Assembly (NCBI GenBank): GCA_003279005.1
Contig: QCBY01000004.1
Location: 27,091-91,090 of the forward strand
Origin: Prochlorococcus sp. AG-347-J22
Lineage (GTDB): Bacteria; Cyanobacteriota; Cyanobacteriia; PCC-6307; Cyanobiaceae
Reading direction: 5' to 3'
DNA length: 64,000 bases
The notes under the pieces are model-generated. The model was not told the DNA's origin. It made no database searches and worked only from the letters and a program-made list of their open reading frames with translations. A program made the position numbers and the translations under genes. Shown here piece after piece: positions 1 through 12,042 of the stretch (the stretch's first letter is position 1; each line of letters starts with the position of its first letter).

Positions 1-155
1 TTCGAATTTGATTTAGTTCTTAATTCTAAAACTCCATCAGACTTTAATCTCCATGCAGCTAATGCGCTAGATGATCTAACTGGAGAAATACTTGAAGTAA
101 AAAATAAAAATATAGATAAGTAGCGAAAAAGTTTATTAAAAAAAACCTTTGACAT
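1..155 (-). CDS. N-acetylmuramoyl-L-alanine amidase (AmiC-like), N-terminal part; runs off the window edge
   Basis: Read manually from ATG 155-153: MSKVFFNKLFRYLSIFLFFTSSISPVRSSSALAAWRLKSDGVLELRT, a signal peptide plus AMIN-like start; overlaps the nitrilase stop codon; product inferred from recalled picocyanobacterial synteny. Confidence 0.65.
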   Translation of the reverse strand, partial: MSKVFFNKLFRYLSIFLFFTSSISPVRSSSALAAWRLKSDGVLELRTKSNS

Positions 156-982
156 CATTCTGCGAAAAGTTTCGTTTTTCTATGTTTCAAGCTGGGCATT
201 TGCTCTCTTATCTTATTCACTCTTTCTTTATCCGCAGGAGCAATTGCAGCACCCTGTGTTTTTCCAGCATCAGACAAAACAGTACCCCAAGGGTCTATTA
301 CCATGGCATGTCCATGACTTTGCCTTCTGCCGTAGTGAATGCCCGTTTGAGCAGGCGCTACTACATATGCGGTATTTTCTATCGCTCTTGCTTGAAGTAA
401 AATTTGCCAATGATCTTTTCCTGTAAAAGCCGTGAATGCTGCAGGGATCATTATAAGTTCAGCGCCATTGGAAGAGAGGCTTCTATAGAGTTCAGGAAAT
501 CTTACATCGTAACAAATAGATAGTCCTATTTTGCAGAGGCCTGGCACATCAATTACTGGAGGATGCTCCTTCCCAGATAAAATAGTTGATGATTCTTTGT
601 ATAAATTACCATCTGGCAAATCAACATCAAAAAGGTGGATTTTGTCATATTTTGCTAAAACTTGTCCATCTTTCCCAAAAAGGGCCGATCTATTAAAAGT
701 ATGAAGATTATCTCCAGCAGGAACGGGATAACCACCACCTAAAAGATAAACCTGATATCGCTGAGACATCGTTTTTAAAAAATTAGTACACTTTATTGAT
801 AATTCAGAAGCCAGCCTTAGTTTTTCATTATCTTCTCCTAAGAATGCAAAATTTTCAGGTAATCCAATTAATTCTGCTCCCCTTCTAGAGGCTAATTCAA
901 TTTGCTCCTCAGCTTCAGCAAAATTTGCTTCAACATTAGAAGTACTCGTAATTTGTAAAGCGGCCACTAAAAAATCAGTCAA
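155..982 (-). CDS. Carbon-nitrogen hydrolase, Nit1-like deaminated glutathione amidase
   Basis: Catalytic triad motifs LPENF, YDKIHLFDV, SICYDVRFPE; also ARAIEN and SHGHAMVIDPWG. Confidence 0.92.
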   Translation of the reverse strand: MTDFLVAALQITSTSNVEANFAEAEEQIELASRRGAELIGLPENFAFLGEDNEKLRLASELSIKCTNFLKTMSQRYQVYLLGGGYPVPAGDNLHTFNRSALFGKDGQVLAKYDKIHLFDVDLPDGNLYKESSTILSGKEHPPVIDVPGLCKIGLSICYDVRFPELYRSLSSNGAELIMIPAAFTAFTGKDHWQILLQARAIENTAYVVAPAQTGIHYGRRQSHGHAMVIDPWGTVLSDAGKTQGAAIAPADKERVNKIREQMPSLKHRKTKLFAE

Positions 983-1012
983 GATTTCACTCCAAGATAA
1001 TGAATTTGCAAA

Positions 1013-1741
1013 TCATGAGGCACGAATTACACCTCTTTCTACTTGAGTAGGAACAATATCTAAACAATCAAGTTCGGAGCAACATTTTAAATCTTCTTCA
1101 TAATCACCAAGACTTTTCAATCTTTTGCCATGAGTTGCTGTCTTTAAACATCCTAAGACATCATTCTTCCATGAATTCCAAAGGGCTAATGAAGCCTGCA
1201 ATTCATCATTAGAAATGTTTACTTTATTATTAAGATTTTCTTTAATGTATAAAGCTAATGCACCTGCAGCTAAAGAATCTTCCAGAGAATAAGAACCTTC
1301 CCATCCACTCCCAACTATCAGTACATTTTTCTTATTTAAGGATATTATCCTCTCAGCAATTACTTTTCTGTTTGGAAGAGCCATTGCGAATAAATACTCT
1401 ACATGTTGAACTTTTTTCAATGATTTAGTGCCATTAGTTGTACTCATAAATAATCTTTTACCCTTGACTTTCTCTGTAGTAACAGATAAAGGGGAATTCC
1501 CTAAATCAAAACCCTTAATTTTCTTTCCGCCTCTTTCTGCAAGCATTAATCTTTTATCTTCATCCCATCTCTTAGCAGTATCCTTTAGTAAAGCTAGATC
1601 AGAAAAAACTTGAATTGAATCTGCACCATTTTTCAATGCCCACGAAATTGTCGTTGTAGCTCTTAAAACATCAATAACAACAGCTATATCAGAATCCGTT
1701 TCTGGAACATCATCTGCAACATGGTAGTAAGAGAGATTAAT
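1013..1741 (-). CDS. comB: 2-phosphosulfolactate phosphatase family protein (ComB-like), probable ATT start
   Basis: Frame stays open upstream of the listed ORF start (1636) and encodes INLSYYHVADDVPETDSDIAVVIDVLRATTTISWAL; also GNSP, STTNGT and SLED motifs. Confidence 0.88.
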   Translation of the reverse strand: MNLSYYHVADDVPETDSDIAVVIDVLRATTTISWALKNGADSIQVFSDLALLKDTAKRWDEDKRLMLAERGGKKIKGFDLGNSPLSVTTEKVKGKRLFMSTTNGTKSLKKVQHVEYLFAMALPNRKVIAERIISLNKKNVLIVGSGWEGSYSLEDSLAAGALALYIKENLNNKVNISNDELQASLALWNSWKNDVLGCLKTATHGKRLKSLGDYEEDLKCCSELDCLDIVPTQVERGVIRAS

Positions 1742-1869
1742 AATTTGATTCCAAATTTTATATATTATAGAAAACAGTTACTTAACTTTGAATAATTTTT
1801 CTTAAAAACAAACTTATTGATACTATATACCTAAGAAAAAATTTGTAAAAGTTAAACCAAATTATTAAT

Positions 1870-3186
1870 TTGAATAATAATCATATCCGAACTGTTAAGG
1901 GCGGAAGCAGTTTACAAGGAATAATTAAAGTACCTGGAGATAAATCAATCTCGCACAGATCCTTGATAATTGGAAGTATTGCCGAAGGTGAAACGAATAT
2001 TGAAGGATTTTTATATTCTGAAGACCCACTTTCAACTGCTGATTGTTTAAGAAAATTGGGTGTATGCATTCCTGATATTAAAGAGGATAAGCCTTTCACC
2101 ATAAAAGGTTTAGGACTAAATGGATTTAAAGAACCTAAAGAAATTCTTAATTGTGGAAATTCTGGAACCACGATGAGATTATTAATGGGGCTTTTGGCTG
2201 GACAAAAAGGTAAGAATTTCATCTTAACTGGAGACAACTCTCTTAATGGCAGACCAATGGGAAGAGTAAGTAAGCCCTTATCACAAATGGGAGGAGAAAT
2301 TCATGGGAGAGAAAATGGTACAAAAGCTCCAATTTCTATTCTTGGGAATAAGCTTAAGGGTTGCGTGATTGGAACCCCGGTTGCAAGTGCTCAAGTTAAG
2401 TCTGCAATCTTGTTAGCAGGGCTAAATGCATCTGGAACCACCTCAGTTATTGAGCCCGCTTCATCGCGAGATCATACAGAAAGAATGCTTAAAGCCTTCG
2501 GAGCTGACATTAAAATAAGAGGAGAATTAGGAAGAAATATAGTAATAAAATCAGGAAATAAACTCATAGGCCAAAATATTCTGATACCAGGCGACATCAG
2601 CTCAGCAGCTTTTTGGATGATCGCAGCCTCAATAGTTCCGGAATCTGAGATTTTAATTAAAAATGTTGGACTAAACCCAACCAGAACAGGGATATTGAAT
2701 GTAATGGACGAAATGGGATGCGATTATAAAATAGTAGAAAAATCTACTATTGCAGGAGAACCCATAGGCTCTATAAGTATTAAATACGTAAGTAATTTGA
2801 AACCATTTAAAATAGGAGGTGACATTCTTCCCAAACTTATAGATGAAATACCAATTCTTACGGTAGCAGCCTGTTTTTGTAACGGGATTTCAGAAATTAA
2901 AGATGCAAATGAGTTGAGAGTTAAAGAAACAGATCGATTAAAAGTTATGGCAAGGCAATTGAAAAAATTTGGTGCAAATGTTTTGGAAAAGGAAGATGGT
3001 TTAATAATCACTGGCGATTCTAAGTTTAGTTCCGCGGAAGTTGATAGTGAAACTGATCATCGAGTCTCAATGAGCCTTGCGATAGCTGCACTTTTAGCTA
3101 AGGGGTCCACACATATTAAAAGAGCAGAGTCCTCTAAAGTATCATATCCAACTTTTTGGGATGATCTCGAAAACCTAATTAACTAA
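1870..3186 (+). CDS. aroA: 3-phosphoshikimate 1-carboxyvinyltransferase (EPSP synthase)
   Basis: [41 protein letters not shown] and DHR motifs. Confidence 0.98.
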   Translation: MNNNHIRTVKGGSSLQGIIKVPGDKSISHRSLIIGSIAEGETNIEGFLYSEDPLSTADCLRKLGVCIPDIKEDKPFTIKGLGLNGFKEPKEILNCGNSGTTMRLLMGLLAGQKGKNFILTGDNSLNGRPMGRVSKPLSQMGGEIHGRENGTKAPISILGNKLKGCVIGTPVASAQVKSAILLAGLNASGTTSVIEPASSRDHTERMLKAFGADIKIRGELGRNIVIKSGNKLIGQNILIPGDISSAAFWMIAASIVPESEILIKNVGLNPTRTGILNVMDEMGCDYKIVEKSTIAGEPIGSISIKYVSNLKPFKIGGDILPKLIDEIPILTVAACFCNGISEIKDANELRVKETDRLKVMARQLKKFGANVLEKEDGLIITGDSKFSSAEVDSETDHRVSMSLAIAALLAKGSTHIKRAESSKVSYPTFWDDLENLIN

Positions 3187-3199
3187 TTTAAAACAATCC

Positions 3200-4090
3200 T
3201 TGTCAAAATTAAAAAAAATTTTAACAAAGGATGGAAGTGTTTCTCTAAGGAGTCTTTTTTTTCAAGAGAATTTTCATAGTCTTGAAGGTGCTCTAAAAGA
3301 AACTGAAAGTAAATTCATAAATCCCTCAAATTTAAAGAGATTTAAGGATAAATCTCTGAATGTTCTAGATATTTGTTTTGGACTAGGATACAATTCTGCT
3401 TCATTATTCAGTAATTTAATTGGACAAAATTCTTTTTTAAATTTGTATGCTTTGGAGATTGATAAGAGACCTTTAGAGTATTCTCTAGAAAGTGAATTAT
3501 TTCAAAATCTTTGGGATCCGAAAGTTTCAAAAATATTAAAATCCTTGTCTCAGGATTGCAAATATAAAGATCCATTTTTTGATTGTCATATTTTGTGGGG
3601 TGATGCGAGAGAAAGAATAAATAATATTCCTGCCGATATCAAATTCGATTTAATTTATTTAGATGGATTTTCTCCTCAAAAATGCCCTCAAATATGGACA
3701 GTCGAGTTTCTAGCAAAAGTAACTCAAAGACTAAATAATGATGGATATTTAATAACATACTCTTCTTCAGCTGCAATAAGAAAGACGTTAAGAGAGTTTG
3801 GTTTATATATTTTCAATATAAAGCCAACTAAAATTTCAAAAAATTCATGGAGTAATGGGACAATTGGAATAAAAAAAATCGATGAAGGAAGTTTAAAAAG
3901 AAATATATTCTTTGAAAAATTATCTTTAATGGAAGAGGAACACCTATTGAGTAAAGCGGGGATTCCATATCGTGATCCTAATTTAAATTTAAATGCAAAT
4001 GAAATAATTCAAAAAAGAGTTCAGGAACAATTATTATCTAATCTGAAGACTTCAAAAGAATGGAGAGAAAAATGGGGAATGACGAAATAG
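3200..4090 (+). CDS. Stand-alone MnmC/MnmD-like SAM-dependent tRNA mnm5s2U methyltransferase
   Basis: DGSxSL, ENFHS..GAL, DICFGLGYN, WGDA and YLDGFSPQKCPQIW motifs; no FAD oxidase domain. Confidence 0.82.
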   Translation: MSKLKKILTKDGSVSLRSLFFQENFHSLEGALKETESKFINPSNLKRFKDKSLNVLDICFGLGYNSASLFSNLIGQNSFLNLYALEIDKRPLEYSLESELFQNLWDPKVSKILKSLSQDCKYKDPFFDCHILWGDARERINNIPADIKFDLIYLDGFSPQKCPQIWTVEFLAKVTQRLNNDGYLITYSSSAAIRKTLREFGLYIFNIKPTKISKNSWSNGTIGIKKIDEGSLKRNIFFEKLSLMEEEHLLSKAGIPYRDPNLNLNANEIIQKRVQEQLLSNLKTSKEWREKWGMTK

Positions 4091-4130
4091 ACCTTAAACA
4101 GTAAAATTTAAATAAAATATCTTAATAAAT

Positions 4131-5486
4131 ATGTTATCAGTTGCCATCTTAGCTGCAGGTAGGGGAACTAGGATGGCGAGCTCAATTCCTAAAGTCTTAC
4201 ATCAATTATCTGGAAAAACACTTCTTCAAAGAGTTATAGATTCTTGCAAACAATTAAAACCCGATAATATATACATAATAGTAGGTCACAAATCAAGGGT
4301 AGTAGAAGATTCAATACTTCAAAATAAAGGCATTCACTTTATTGTGCAAAATCCGCAAAAAGGAACGGGACATGCCATACAAGTTCTTTCTCAAAAGGTG
4401 AAAAATCATAAAGGCAAACTGATGGTTCTCAATGGAGATGTGCCACTTATCAAAGCTGAAACTTTGAAAAAACTAATTAAATTTCACGACTCAAAAGCAG
4501 CCGACGTCTCCTTAATAACTACTATGAAGGAAAATCCTTATGGATATGGGAGAGTCTTTACTAAAGATAATTTAATTGAAAGAATCGTCGAAGAAAAAGA
4601 CTGCAATAAAAATGAACGTTTAAATTTATTGACTAATGCAGGAATCTATTGTTTTAGTTGGGAAAGTTTATCAAAGATAATTAATGCTTTAAAAAATAAA
4701 AATAAACAAAAAGAAATCTATCTTACAGACACTATTTCCTTGTTAAAGAAATCATACAGCTTTGAGGTTGAAGATGATAGAGAACTTCAAGGAATTAATA
4801 ATAGAGTTCAATTATCAAAATGCGAAGAAACTATTCAAAACTTAATTAAAGAAAAACATATGATGGGAGGAGTAACTTTCATTAATCCATCAAGTTGCAC
4901 AATTAGTGAAGAATCAACAATAGGAATGGATGTAATAATCGAAGCAAATACTCATATAAGAGGAAAGTCTAAAATTTCCAATAATTGTAAAATTGGCCCT
5001 AATGTCTTCATCAAAGATACGATAATAAATGATAATTGTGAAATAATAAATTCAACAATTTTCAATTCCAAAATAATGGACCATGTAAAAATCGGTCCTT
5101 ATAGTCATATAAGACCAAATTCTGAAATATCATCTCAAAGCAAAATTGGTAATTTTGTTGAAATAAAAAATAGTAAAATTAATGAGGAGGTTAAAATCAA
5201 TCATTTAAGTTATATTGGCGATTCTAAAATTGGGAAATGTACCAATATAGGAGCAGGAACTATTACAGCTAATTTTGATGGCATCAAAAAATATCCAACT
5301 AACATTGGTAAAAATTCTAATATTGGTGCCAATACAGTTTTAATAGCCCCAATAAATCTAGGTGATTCAGTAACTACAGGCGCAGGCTCAGTAATCACAA
5401 AAGATTCCCGAAATAATTCTTTAGCTATTGCAAGAAGCAAACAAGTAAATATCGAAAATTGGAAAAGAAACAAACCCAGAGATTAA
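4131..5486 (+). CDS. glmU: Bifunctional UDP-GlcNAc pyrophosphorylase / glucosamine-1-P acetyltransferase
   Basis: [19 protein letters not shown], hexapeptide repeats, GNFVEIK, HLSYIGD. Confidence 0.97.
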   Translation: MLSVAILAAGRGTRMASSIPKVLHQLSGKTLLQRVIDSCKQLKPDNIYIIVGHKSRVVEDSILQNKGIHFIVQNPQKGTGHAIQVLSQKVKNHKGKLMVLNGDVPLIKAETLKKLIKFHDSKAADVSLITTMKENPYGYGRVFTKDNLIERIVEEKDCNKNERLNLLTNAGIYCFSWESLSKIINALKNKNKQKEIYLTDTISLLKKSYSFEVEDDRELQGINNRVQLSKCEETIQNLIKEKHMMGGVTFINPSSCTISEESTIGMDVIIEANTHIRGKSKISNNCKIGPNVFIKDTIINDNCEIINSTIFNSKIMDHVKIGPYSHIRPNSEISSQSKIGNFVEIKNSKINEEVKINHLSYIGDSKIGKCTNIGAGTITANFDGIKKYPTNIGKNSNIGANTVLIAPINLGDSVTTGAGSVITKDSRNNSLAIARSKQVNIENWKRNKPRD

Positions 5487-6853
5487 TCAATAAATTTTAT
5501 AATTTTCTCAAGGTGCCAACTATGGCTCCCTTTTAAGAGGATGAAATCGCCAGGTTTTGTGAGTTTATTTATTGTTTCACCAACTTTGTTAATCTCATTA
5601 AAGAATAAAAATTTAGTACTTTTTTTTAAATAATCTGCGTAATAGATTTCATCATTTCTATCACATATAAAAATACATTTCTTAATGTCTGATCTGTCTA
5701 TAAAATCAAAAATATCTTTGTGATATTTTTTACTTTCAGTTCCTAATTCTTGCATACTTCCAAAAATTAGAAAATGATTATTAGGACTATTCAATAAATT
5801 ATTTATACATGCTTTCACAGATTCAGGTGAAGCATTATAAGTTTCATCAAATATGGTGGTCTTTTTTAATTTAAGGATTTTATTTCTTCCATTTAAGCTT
5901 ACAAAATTAAATTTATTTGTATTTTCGAATTCTATTCCAAACTCTTTTGCAACCGCATACGCAAATAAGAAATTAAATGCATTGTGAAAACCTTGGAAAG
6001 AAATTTCAAAGATTTTATTTTCTATTATTATCGAATTACTAGATCGACTAAAAAATCCCTGTAAATTATTTTTATTAATACTATGCTCTTTTTGATTTAT
6101 ATCTAAAAGTTCTACTTTTATAACTCTTCCATTCCAATTTTTTTTTAAAGTTTCCTCCAAGAACAAATCATTCGCTGGAATAATTACAACCCCCTTTGGG
6201 TTTAAATGTTTGGTTATTTCACACTTTGCATAAGTGATTTTTTCTTTAGAGCCTAGTATTCCAATATGAGAACTTCCAATATTTGTAATAACTGCAATAT
6301 CAGGTTCAGAAAATTTGGACAAGTTTTCAATCTGTCCAAGACCTCTCATTCCCATCTCGAGTATTAAAATTTTATCTTTCGAATCAGAATCAAGAATAGT
6401 GAGACCTACCCCAAATTCATTATTAAAATTTAATTTAGTTAATTTAATTTTACCTAATTGCTTTAAAACCTCTCCCATCATTTCTTTTGTAGTTGTTTTA
6501 CCAACGGATCCTGTAATTCCTACAACAGGTATATTTAATTTTCTTCTTTTAAATAATGCTAATTTCTGGAAAGCTTCTAAAGTATCTGGAACGGTCCAAA
6601 AAGGGAACGCATTAGGTAATAAATTTTGCATCCCATCTTTTATTACGACAGCTTTTGCCCCTTTTTTTATAACTTCTTTAAGAAAATCATGTCCATCAAA
6701 ATTTTTACCTTTTATAGCGATAAATAAGTCTTGATTTAATATAGTTCTACTATCTAAGCTTATATTTTTAAAAGTTTGAAATTGATTTGTAAGGCTCTCC
6801 CAATTGGTTATATTACCTAAAATCTTATTTAAATCAGGTACTGAAAAATACAT
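5483..6853 (-). CDS. murF: UDP-MurNAc-tripeptide:D-Ala-D-Ala ligase
   Basis: [43 protein letters not shown]. Confidence 0.96.
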   Translation of the reverse strand: MYFSVPDLNKILGNITNWESLTNQFQTFKNISLDSRTILNQDLFIAIKGKNFDGHDFLKEVIKKGAKAVVIKDGMQNLLPNAFPFWTVPDTLEAFQKLALFKRRKLNIPVVGITGSVGKTTTKEMMGEVLKQLGKIKLTKLNFNNEFGVGLTILDSDSKDKILILEMGMRGLGQIENLSKFSEPDIAVITNIGSSHIGILGSKEKITYAKCEITKHLNPKGVVIIPANDLFLEETLKKNWNGRVIKVELLDINQKEHSINKNNLQGFFSRSSNSIIIENKIFEISFQGFHNAFNFLFAYAVAKEFGIEFENTNKFNFVSLNGRNKILKLKKTTIFDETYNASPESVKACINNLLNSPNNHFLIFGSMQELGTESKKYHKDIFDFIDRSDIKKCIFICDRNDEIYYADYLKKSTKFLFFNEINKVGETINKLTKPGDFILLKGSHSWHLEKIIKFID

Positions 6854-6859
6854 TAAAAC

Positions 6860-8317
6860 TTAGATCATATTTTTTTTAAGAGATGGATCAGCAGATTGAC
6901 CATAAGAAAACTTTTCAATCTCAGCGATATCTGGTGATGGTTCCTTAATCCCACATACATCTTTGTACATCAATTCATATTCTTGTGCTGATCTCTGCCA
7001 ACTAAATTCTTGACTCATAGCTCTGAGTTGTAACGATTTCCAACTATCTTTATGCCTAAATGCCTCCCAGGATCTTACTAATGCGGTATAAAAGTCAATA
7101 GGTTCGAACCGATCAAAACAGAATCCAGTACCAATATTGTTTTCTGGATCATAAGGTAAAACAGTATCAACCAGTCCTCCAACTCTTCTTACTATTGGAA
7201 TTGATCCATACCTCATTGCAAGTAATTGACTTATGCCGCAGGGTTCGAATCTGCTGGGCATTAAGAATGCATCAGATCCTCCATATATAAGCCTTGATAA
7301 AGAATCATCATAGGTAAGAAACACGGAGAATCTTCCTGGGTTATCTAAGGCCAATTGCCATAATCCAGATTCTAGATATTTATCTCCTGTGCCTAAAATA
7401 GCTATTTGAGAATCGGTATAAGAAAGCAATCTTCTGGAAACTTGTAAAACCAAATCAACCCCTTTTTGATCAACTAATCTACTTACCATTCCTAAAAGAT
7501 ACTTTTTACTATTAACCTCAAGTCCCATTTCCTTTTGAAGAATTGCCTTATTTTCTGATCTTCTTTCCAAATTTTTAATATTAAATTGTGCAGGTAAAAC
7601 TTTATCTTTATCAGGGTCCCATTCGTTTAGATCAATTCCGTTAAGGATGCCTCTTAATTTTCCAGAAATATAATTCAATAACCCCTCAAGACTCTCACCA
7701 TATTCATATGTTTTTATCTCATTCGCATATGTTGGGGAAACTGCATTAACCCTGTCTGCATATAACATAGCAGCTGCCATAGTATGGTCCCCATGCATAT
7801 ACCATGGGCACCATGTCATTTTTTCAAGTTTCCATCTCCAAGGTCCCTGATATTTTAAATTATGTATCGTAAAAACAGTGCTTACTTCAGGATCTTGATG
7901 CATCCATACCGGAATCATTCCAGTATGCCAATCATGACAATGTAGGACTTGAGGCTTCCAACAATTCCAAGAAAATTCTGCAGTAGCACTAGCAAAAAAT
8001 GTAAAGCGCCAATCCTCATCTTCTCCACCATATATCTGTCCAGAATCAAAAGTTGGATGTCCCACTAAGTAAATTGTATAGTTGTGTATCGGATGTTTTG
8101 CTTCATATACTGAGAAATCATTTCCCATAGTATTAGCTCTAAAAACTGTCTCGCTTGATACTTCTAATAAGTTCCATAATTTTCCATACCCTGGAATTAT
8201 TACCCTTACATCGTGACCAAGTTTTATTAATGATGGGGGTAAAGATCCAACGACATCTCCCATCCCTCCAACTTTAATCATTGGAGCGCATTCAGCGGCA
8301 GCAAGAAGAATTCTCAT
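6860..8317 (-). CDS. glgA: Glycogen synthase
   Basis: [28 protein letters not shown]. Confidence 0.98.
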   Translation of the reverse strand: MRILLAAAECAPMIKVGGMGDVVGSLPPSLIKLGHDVRVIIPGYGKLWNLLEVSSETVFRANTMGNDFSVYEAKHPIHNYTIYLVGHPTFDSGQIYGGEDEDWRFTFFASATAEFSWNCWKPQVLHCHDWHTGMIPVWMHQDPEVSTVFTIHNLKYQGPWRWKLEKMTWCPWYMHGDHTMAAAMLYADRVNAVSPTYANEIKTYEYGESLEGLLNYISGKLRGILNGIDLNEWDPDKDKVLPAQFNIKNLERRSENKAILQKEMGLEVNSKKYLLGMVSRLVDQKGVDLVLQVSRRLLSYTDSQIAILGTGDKYLESGLWQLALDNPGRFSVFLTYDDSLSRLIYGGSDAFLMPSRFEPCGISQLLAMRYGSIPIVRRVGGLVDTVLPYDPENNIGTGFCFDRFEPIDFYTALVRSWEAFRHKDSWKSLQLRAMSQEFSWQRSAQEYELMYKDVCGIKEPSPDIAEIEKFSYGQSADPSLKKNMI

Positions 8318-8362
8318 TGATTAATTATTATAAAAAGTGCTTTTTGAAGAGAAATTAAGCTA

Positions 8363-9220
8363 TTAAGGAGTCCATCCATAATCAGTAAAATCAGGTGCCC
8401 TTTTCTCTAGGAAGGCATCTCTACCTTCTTGAGCTTCTTTAGTCGAATAAAATAATTGAGTTGTGTATCCAGATAATTCTTGAATACCAGCAATTCCATC
8501 ATTCTCCGCATTGAATGAAGCTTTAAGAATACGAATAGCAGTTGGGCTATTTCGTAGAATCTCTCTTGCCCACATTACACCCTCAGCTTCTAATTCTTCA
8601 ATCTTTGTAATTGCATTTATCAAGCCCATTTCTAGTGCCTCCTTAGAATTATATTTTCTACATAAAAACCAAATTTCCTTTGCTTTTCTTTGACCAACAA
8701 TTCTAGCCAAATAACTAGAACCAAATCCAGCATCAAAGCTACCAACTCTAGGGCCTGTTTGACCAAATATTGCATTTTCTGAGGCGATGCTTAGATCACA
8801 AATCAAATGGAGAACTTGACCTCCTCCAATGGCGAAACCTGGAACTAAAGCGATAACAATTTTTGGCAAACTTCTTATTAATCTTTGTAATTCCAGTACA
8901 TTTAATTTTTGCTTCCCTTCATCATTTTTATATCCATTTTCACCTCTAACACTCTGATCACCCCCAGAGCAAAAAGAATAAATACCTTTTTTATCAGGTC
9001 CCACACCAGTAAAAAGAACTACACCAATACTTTCATCATTTCTCACAATGTTAAATGCTTCAATAAGCTCATCTACAGTTTGAGGTCTGAATGCATTTCT
9101 TTTCTCAGGTCGATTAATTGCGATTCGCGCAATGCCCTCTTCTGATTTATGAAGAAATATATCCTCATAAGATTTATATTGTGACCAATTTAAGGTTGTT
9201 TTCCCAGGTAATACTTTCAT
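8363..9220 (-). CDS. menB: 1,4-dihydroxy-2-naphthoyl-CoA synthase
   Basis: [29 protein letters not shown]; crotonase fold. Confidence 0.97.
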   Translation of the reverse strand: MKVLPGKTTLNWSQYKSYEDIFLHKSEEGIARIAINRPEKRNAFRPQTVDELIEAFNIVRNDESIGVVLFTGVGPDKKGIYSFCSGGDQSVRGENGYKNDEGKQKLNVLELQRLIRSLPKIVIALVPGFAIGGGQVLHLICDLSIASENAIFGQTGPRVGSFDAGFGSSYLARIVGQRKAKEIWFLCRKYNSKEALEMGLINAITKIEELEAEGVMWAREILRNSPTAIRILKASFNAENDGIAGIQELSGYTTQLFYSTKEAQEGRDAFLEKRAPDFTDYGWTP

Positions 9221-9256
9221 GAATCCTAACTATCTGTAAGTAGAAAATAATAAAAT

Positions 9257-11020
9257 TTAACTGCCAATTATTTTTTCTAGCAGGGCATTTTTTTCATTAA
9301 TTTCATTTTCCGGATCAATATCAACTTTAATTATTACAGATTTTCGAATAGAAATGCTCCATTCGAAAGCCTCTCGTAATTTTTTAAAATTTGTCACACT
9401 TTTAAAGTTTACTTGATAACTACCTGCGAGTTTTTCCCAGTTTATTTCTTTAGGCATAAGAAATAGTTTTTTTAATTCATCTTCTTTGAGATTTTTTTTA
9501 TAGAGACGGTTAAATATATTTCCTCCATTATTGTTTATTAATAAAACTGTCAAATTCAAGTCGATTGAATTTTCAATAAGCCAGCCATTTATATCATGAA
9601 CAAAAGCCAAATCTCCAGTGACAAGAAGTAAAGGATTTTTAATTCTAGATATTCCTAATGCAAGTGATAAAGTACCGTCTATTCCAGAAGCCCCTCTAAA
9701 GCTAAAACAATTTCTTGTTAAGGTACAATTCTCAGAAAAGGTAAGCCAATCTCTTATCGGACTACTCGCTGAAAGCATAATAGGATTTTTAGCTGGCCAA
9801 ATTTTTGGTACAAGATTGGCAAGCTTATACTCAGTTATTTGATTATTTTTTGTAATTTTCTCCTTTAGGATTTTCTTTATTTTTTCACCCTCCTCTATTA
9901 GATCAAGAGCTAAAGAAGTTAAAGATTTTTTGTTTTTTTGATTACTTGATAAATCTTCTAATAATTCATTAACAAAATTAGACAATCCAGACTCATATTC
10001 TAAGGATTTTTTTAAGGGATCCAATTTTCTTATGTTTTTTTCTTTAATAAGAATTTGTATACCTTGAAATTTTGTTAAAAAATTCTCCAAATCAATTGAG
10101 GAAGACATTGGACCAAGCCTCAAAATTTGTTGACAATTGATGAAATTATTGTTTTTTCTTAAGATTAATTCCCAATTTACAACTAAACCTCTTAAGAAAG
10201 AATAAACACCTGAAACAGGATCAGCAAATACTGGCCAACCAGTAATTTCTTGCAATTGCTCTAAAGATTTATTAAAAGAAGATAAATCATTTAAAGAACC
10301 TTGATAAGGGCCAACCAAAATAATACCTGATTCATCTAAATTTAAACTATTTGAAATTTCAAAGAATTTGTTTTTATTAAACGTTATTTCATTTTTTTGA
10401 AAGACATATTTTTTCTTTAAATAAATTCTCTCAAATACCTCTAGAGCACTTTTTCTATTAAAAAAAGAAATATCTAGGGGCTTATCTATAGGAATATTTA
10501 AATGAATAGGACCAGGGAAGGTAAATACTTCTTTCTCAATTATTTGCACTAAATTTAAAATTTCATTATCTTCTGTCTCATGAAGGCCATTGAGATTCGT
10601 ATTTAAAACTTTTCTGCAGACTGAATTCAAAAAATCTTCTTGATTTACTGTTTGATTAGCCCCACAATCTTTTAACCTTAAAGGTCTATCAGCCGTTAGA
10701 AAAATAATCCCTTTACAAGATCGGTCTGCCTCAACTGCTGCCGGCAATAAATTACTTACGGCAGTTCCAGAAGTGGTAATAACTAAAGCAAGATTACCTG
10801 ATGCAGCAGAAATTCCAAGAGAGTGGAATCCTGCAGATCTCTCATCTATTGAATTAAAAATATTTACCAGTCCTAATTTATTTAATTCTCCAGCAGCTAA
10901 TGCTAGAGGAGCAGATCTACTACCAGGACATAGTATTAAATTTTGAACTCCTATTTTTATAAGAAGATTTAAAAGTTGTAAACTTCTAAGAAAATTTTTG
11001 CATTCAATAGATAATGTCAT
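9257..11020 (-). CDS. menD: SEPHCHC synthase (ThDP-dependent)
   Basis: [38 protein letters not shown]...NNNGG. Confidence 0.96.
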   Translation of the reverse strand: MTLSIECKNFLRSLQLLNLLIKIGVQNLILCPGSRSAPLALAAGELNKLGLVNIFNSIDERSAGFHSLGISAASGNLALVITTSGTAVSNLLPAAVEADRSCKGIIFLTADRPLRLKDCGANQTVNQEDFLNSVCRKVLNTNLNGLHETEDNEILNLVQIIEKEVFTFPGPIHLNIPIDKPLDISFFNRKSALEVFERIYLKKKYVFQKNEITFNKNKFFEISNSLNLDESGIILVGPYQGSLNDLSSFNKSLEQLQEITGWPVFADPVSGVYSFLRGLVVNWELILRKNNNFINCQQILRLGPMSSSIDLENFLTKFQGIQILIKEKNIRKLDPLKKSLEYESGLSNFVNELLEDLSSNQKNKKSLTSLALDLIEEGEKIKKILKEKITKNNQITEYKLANLVPKIWPAKNPIMLSASSPIRDWLTFSENCTLTRNCFSFRGASGIDGTLSLALGISRIKNPLLLVTGDLAFVHDINGWLIENSIDLNLTVLLINNNGGNIFNRLYKKNLKEDELKKLFLMPKEINWEKLAGSYQVNFKSVTNFKKLREAFEWSISIRKSVIIKVDIDPENEINEKNALLEKIIGS

Positions 11021-11070
11021 AATTTATATAAGTGCTTTGGGATTTTTCCTTATAACTGAATTAAATAAAA

Positions 11071-11655
11071 ATGTCCAAAACTGAAGAAAAAAGAAATTCA
11101 ATAATTAAGGATTTTAAAAATCTTTTGATTTGGATATCTATTGCTTTGATTATACGATGGCAGGTTATTGAGCCAAGATGGATACCATCAGGTTCAATGC
11201 TTCCAACTCTTCAAATACAAGATAAAATTCTTGTTGAGAAAGTAACCCCTAAAATCACATCCAAATCAAATCTTTCAAAATTAAAAAATAAAATAGTTGT
11301 TTTTAATGTTCCAGAGCAATTAATTAATGCTGGTTATGAAGCAGATACTGCGTTAATAAAACGAGTAATTGGAATCCCTGGAGACAAGGTAGAAGTAAAA
11401 GAAGGTAACCTTTACGTGAATGATATAGCTCAAGAAAATTACTTTTTTGACAAAAATATAAATTATTCTATAGGGCCTTTTATTGTTCCAGAAGAGTCAT
11501 TATGGGTGATGGGGGATAATAGAAACAATAGTATGGACTCCCATATTTGGGGATTTTTACCTTATGAAAAGATTATTGGTAAAGCTATTTTTAGATATTG
11601 GCCGTTTAATAAAATTGGACCTATTCGATTCAATGACCTTAATAAGGTAGCTTAA
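11071..11655 (+). CDS. lepB: Signal peptidase I
   Basis: IPSGSMLPTL, IKRVIG, MGDNRNNSMDS. Confidence 0.95.
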   Translation: MSKTEEKRNSIIKDFKNLLIWISIALIIRWQVIEPRWIPSGSMLPTLQIQDKILVEKVTPKITSKSNLSKLKNKIVVFNVPEQLINAGYEADTALIKRVIGIPGDKVEVKEGNLYVNDIAQENYFFDKNINYSIGPFIVPEESLWVMGDNRNNSMDSHIWGFLPYEKIIGKAIFRYWPFNKIGPIRFNDLNKVA

Positions 11656-11700
11656 TGGGTACATGATGTTGTAGTGTTTTTATATCTAGAAGTTGTAGAA

Positions 11701-12036
11701 ATGTTTAATCCAGAATTTCTTGCTACTGAAAATAATGATCCAAATGATGAGAATGATTTAATCCAATATTTACAAAAACAATCTCCGGAAGTTTTGCAAA
11801 GAGTAGCCAAATCAGCTAGTGAAGATATTCAAGAAATCATTAGACATAATGTTCAAGGTCTTCTTGGAATGCTTCCTTCAGAACAATTTGATGTAAAAAT
11901 AACATCTTCAAAAGAAAATATTGCCAATTTATTGTCTTCGGCAATGATGACAGGATATTTCTTAAGACAAATGGAGCAAAGAAAAGAGCTAGAACAAACT
12001 CTTAAAAGTGATGAAAACATGTCTATTGAAGAATAA
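11701..12036 (+). CDS. DUF760 family protein
   Basis: MFNPEF start at ATG 11701; NVQGLLG and SAMMTGYFLR motifs. Confidence 0.85.
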   Translation: MFNPEFLATENNDPNDENDLIQYLQKQSPEVLQRVAKSASEDIQEIIRHNVQGLLGMLPSEQFDVKITSSKENIANLLSSAMMTGYFLRQMEQRKELEQTLKSDENMSIEE

Positions 12037-12042
12037 TAGTTT

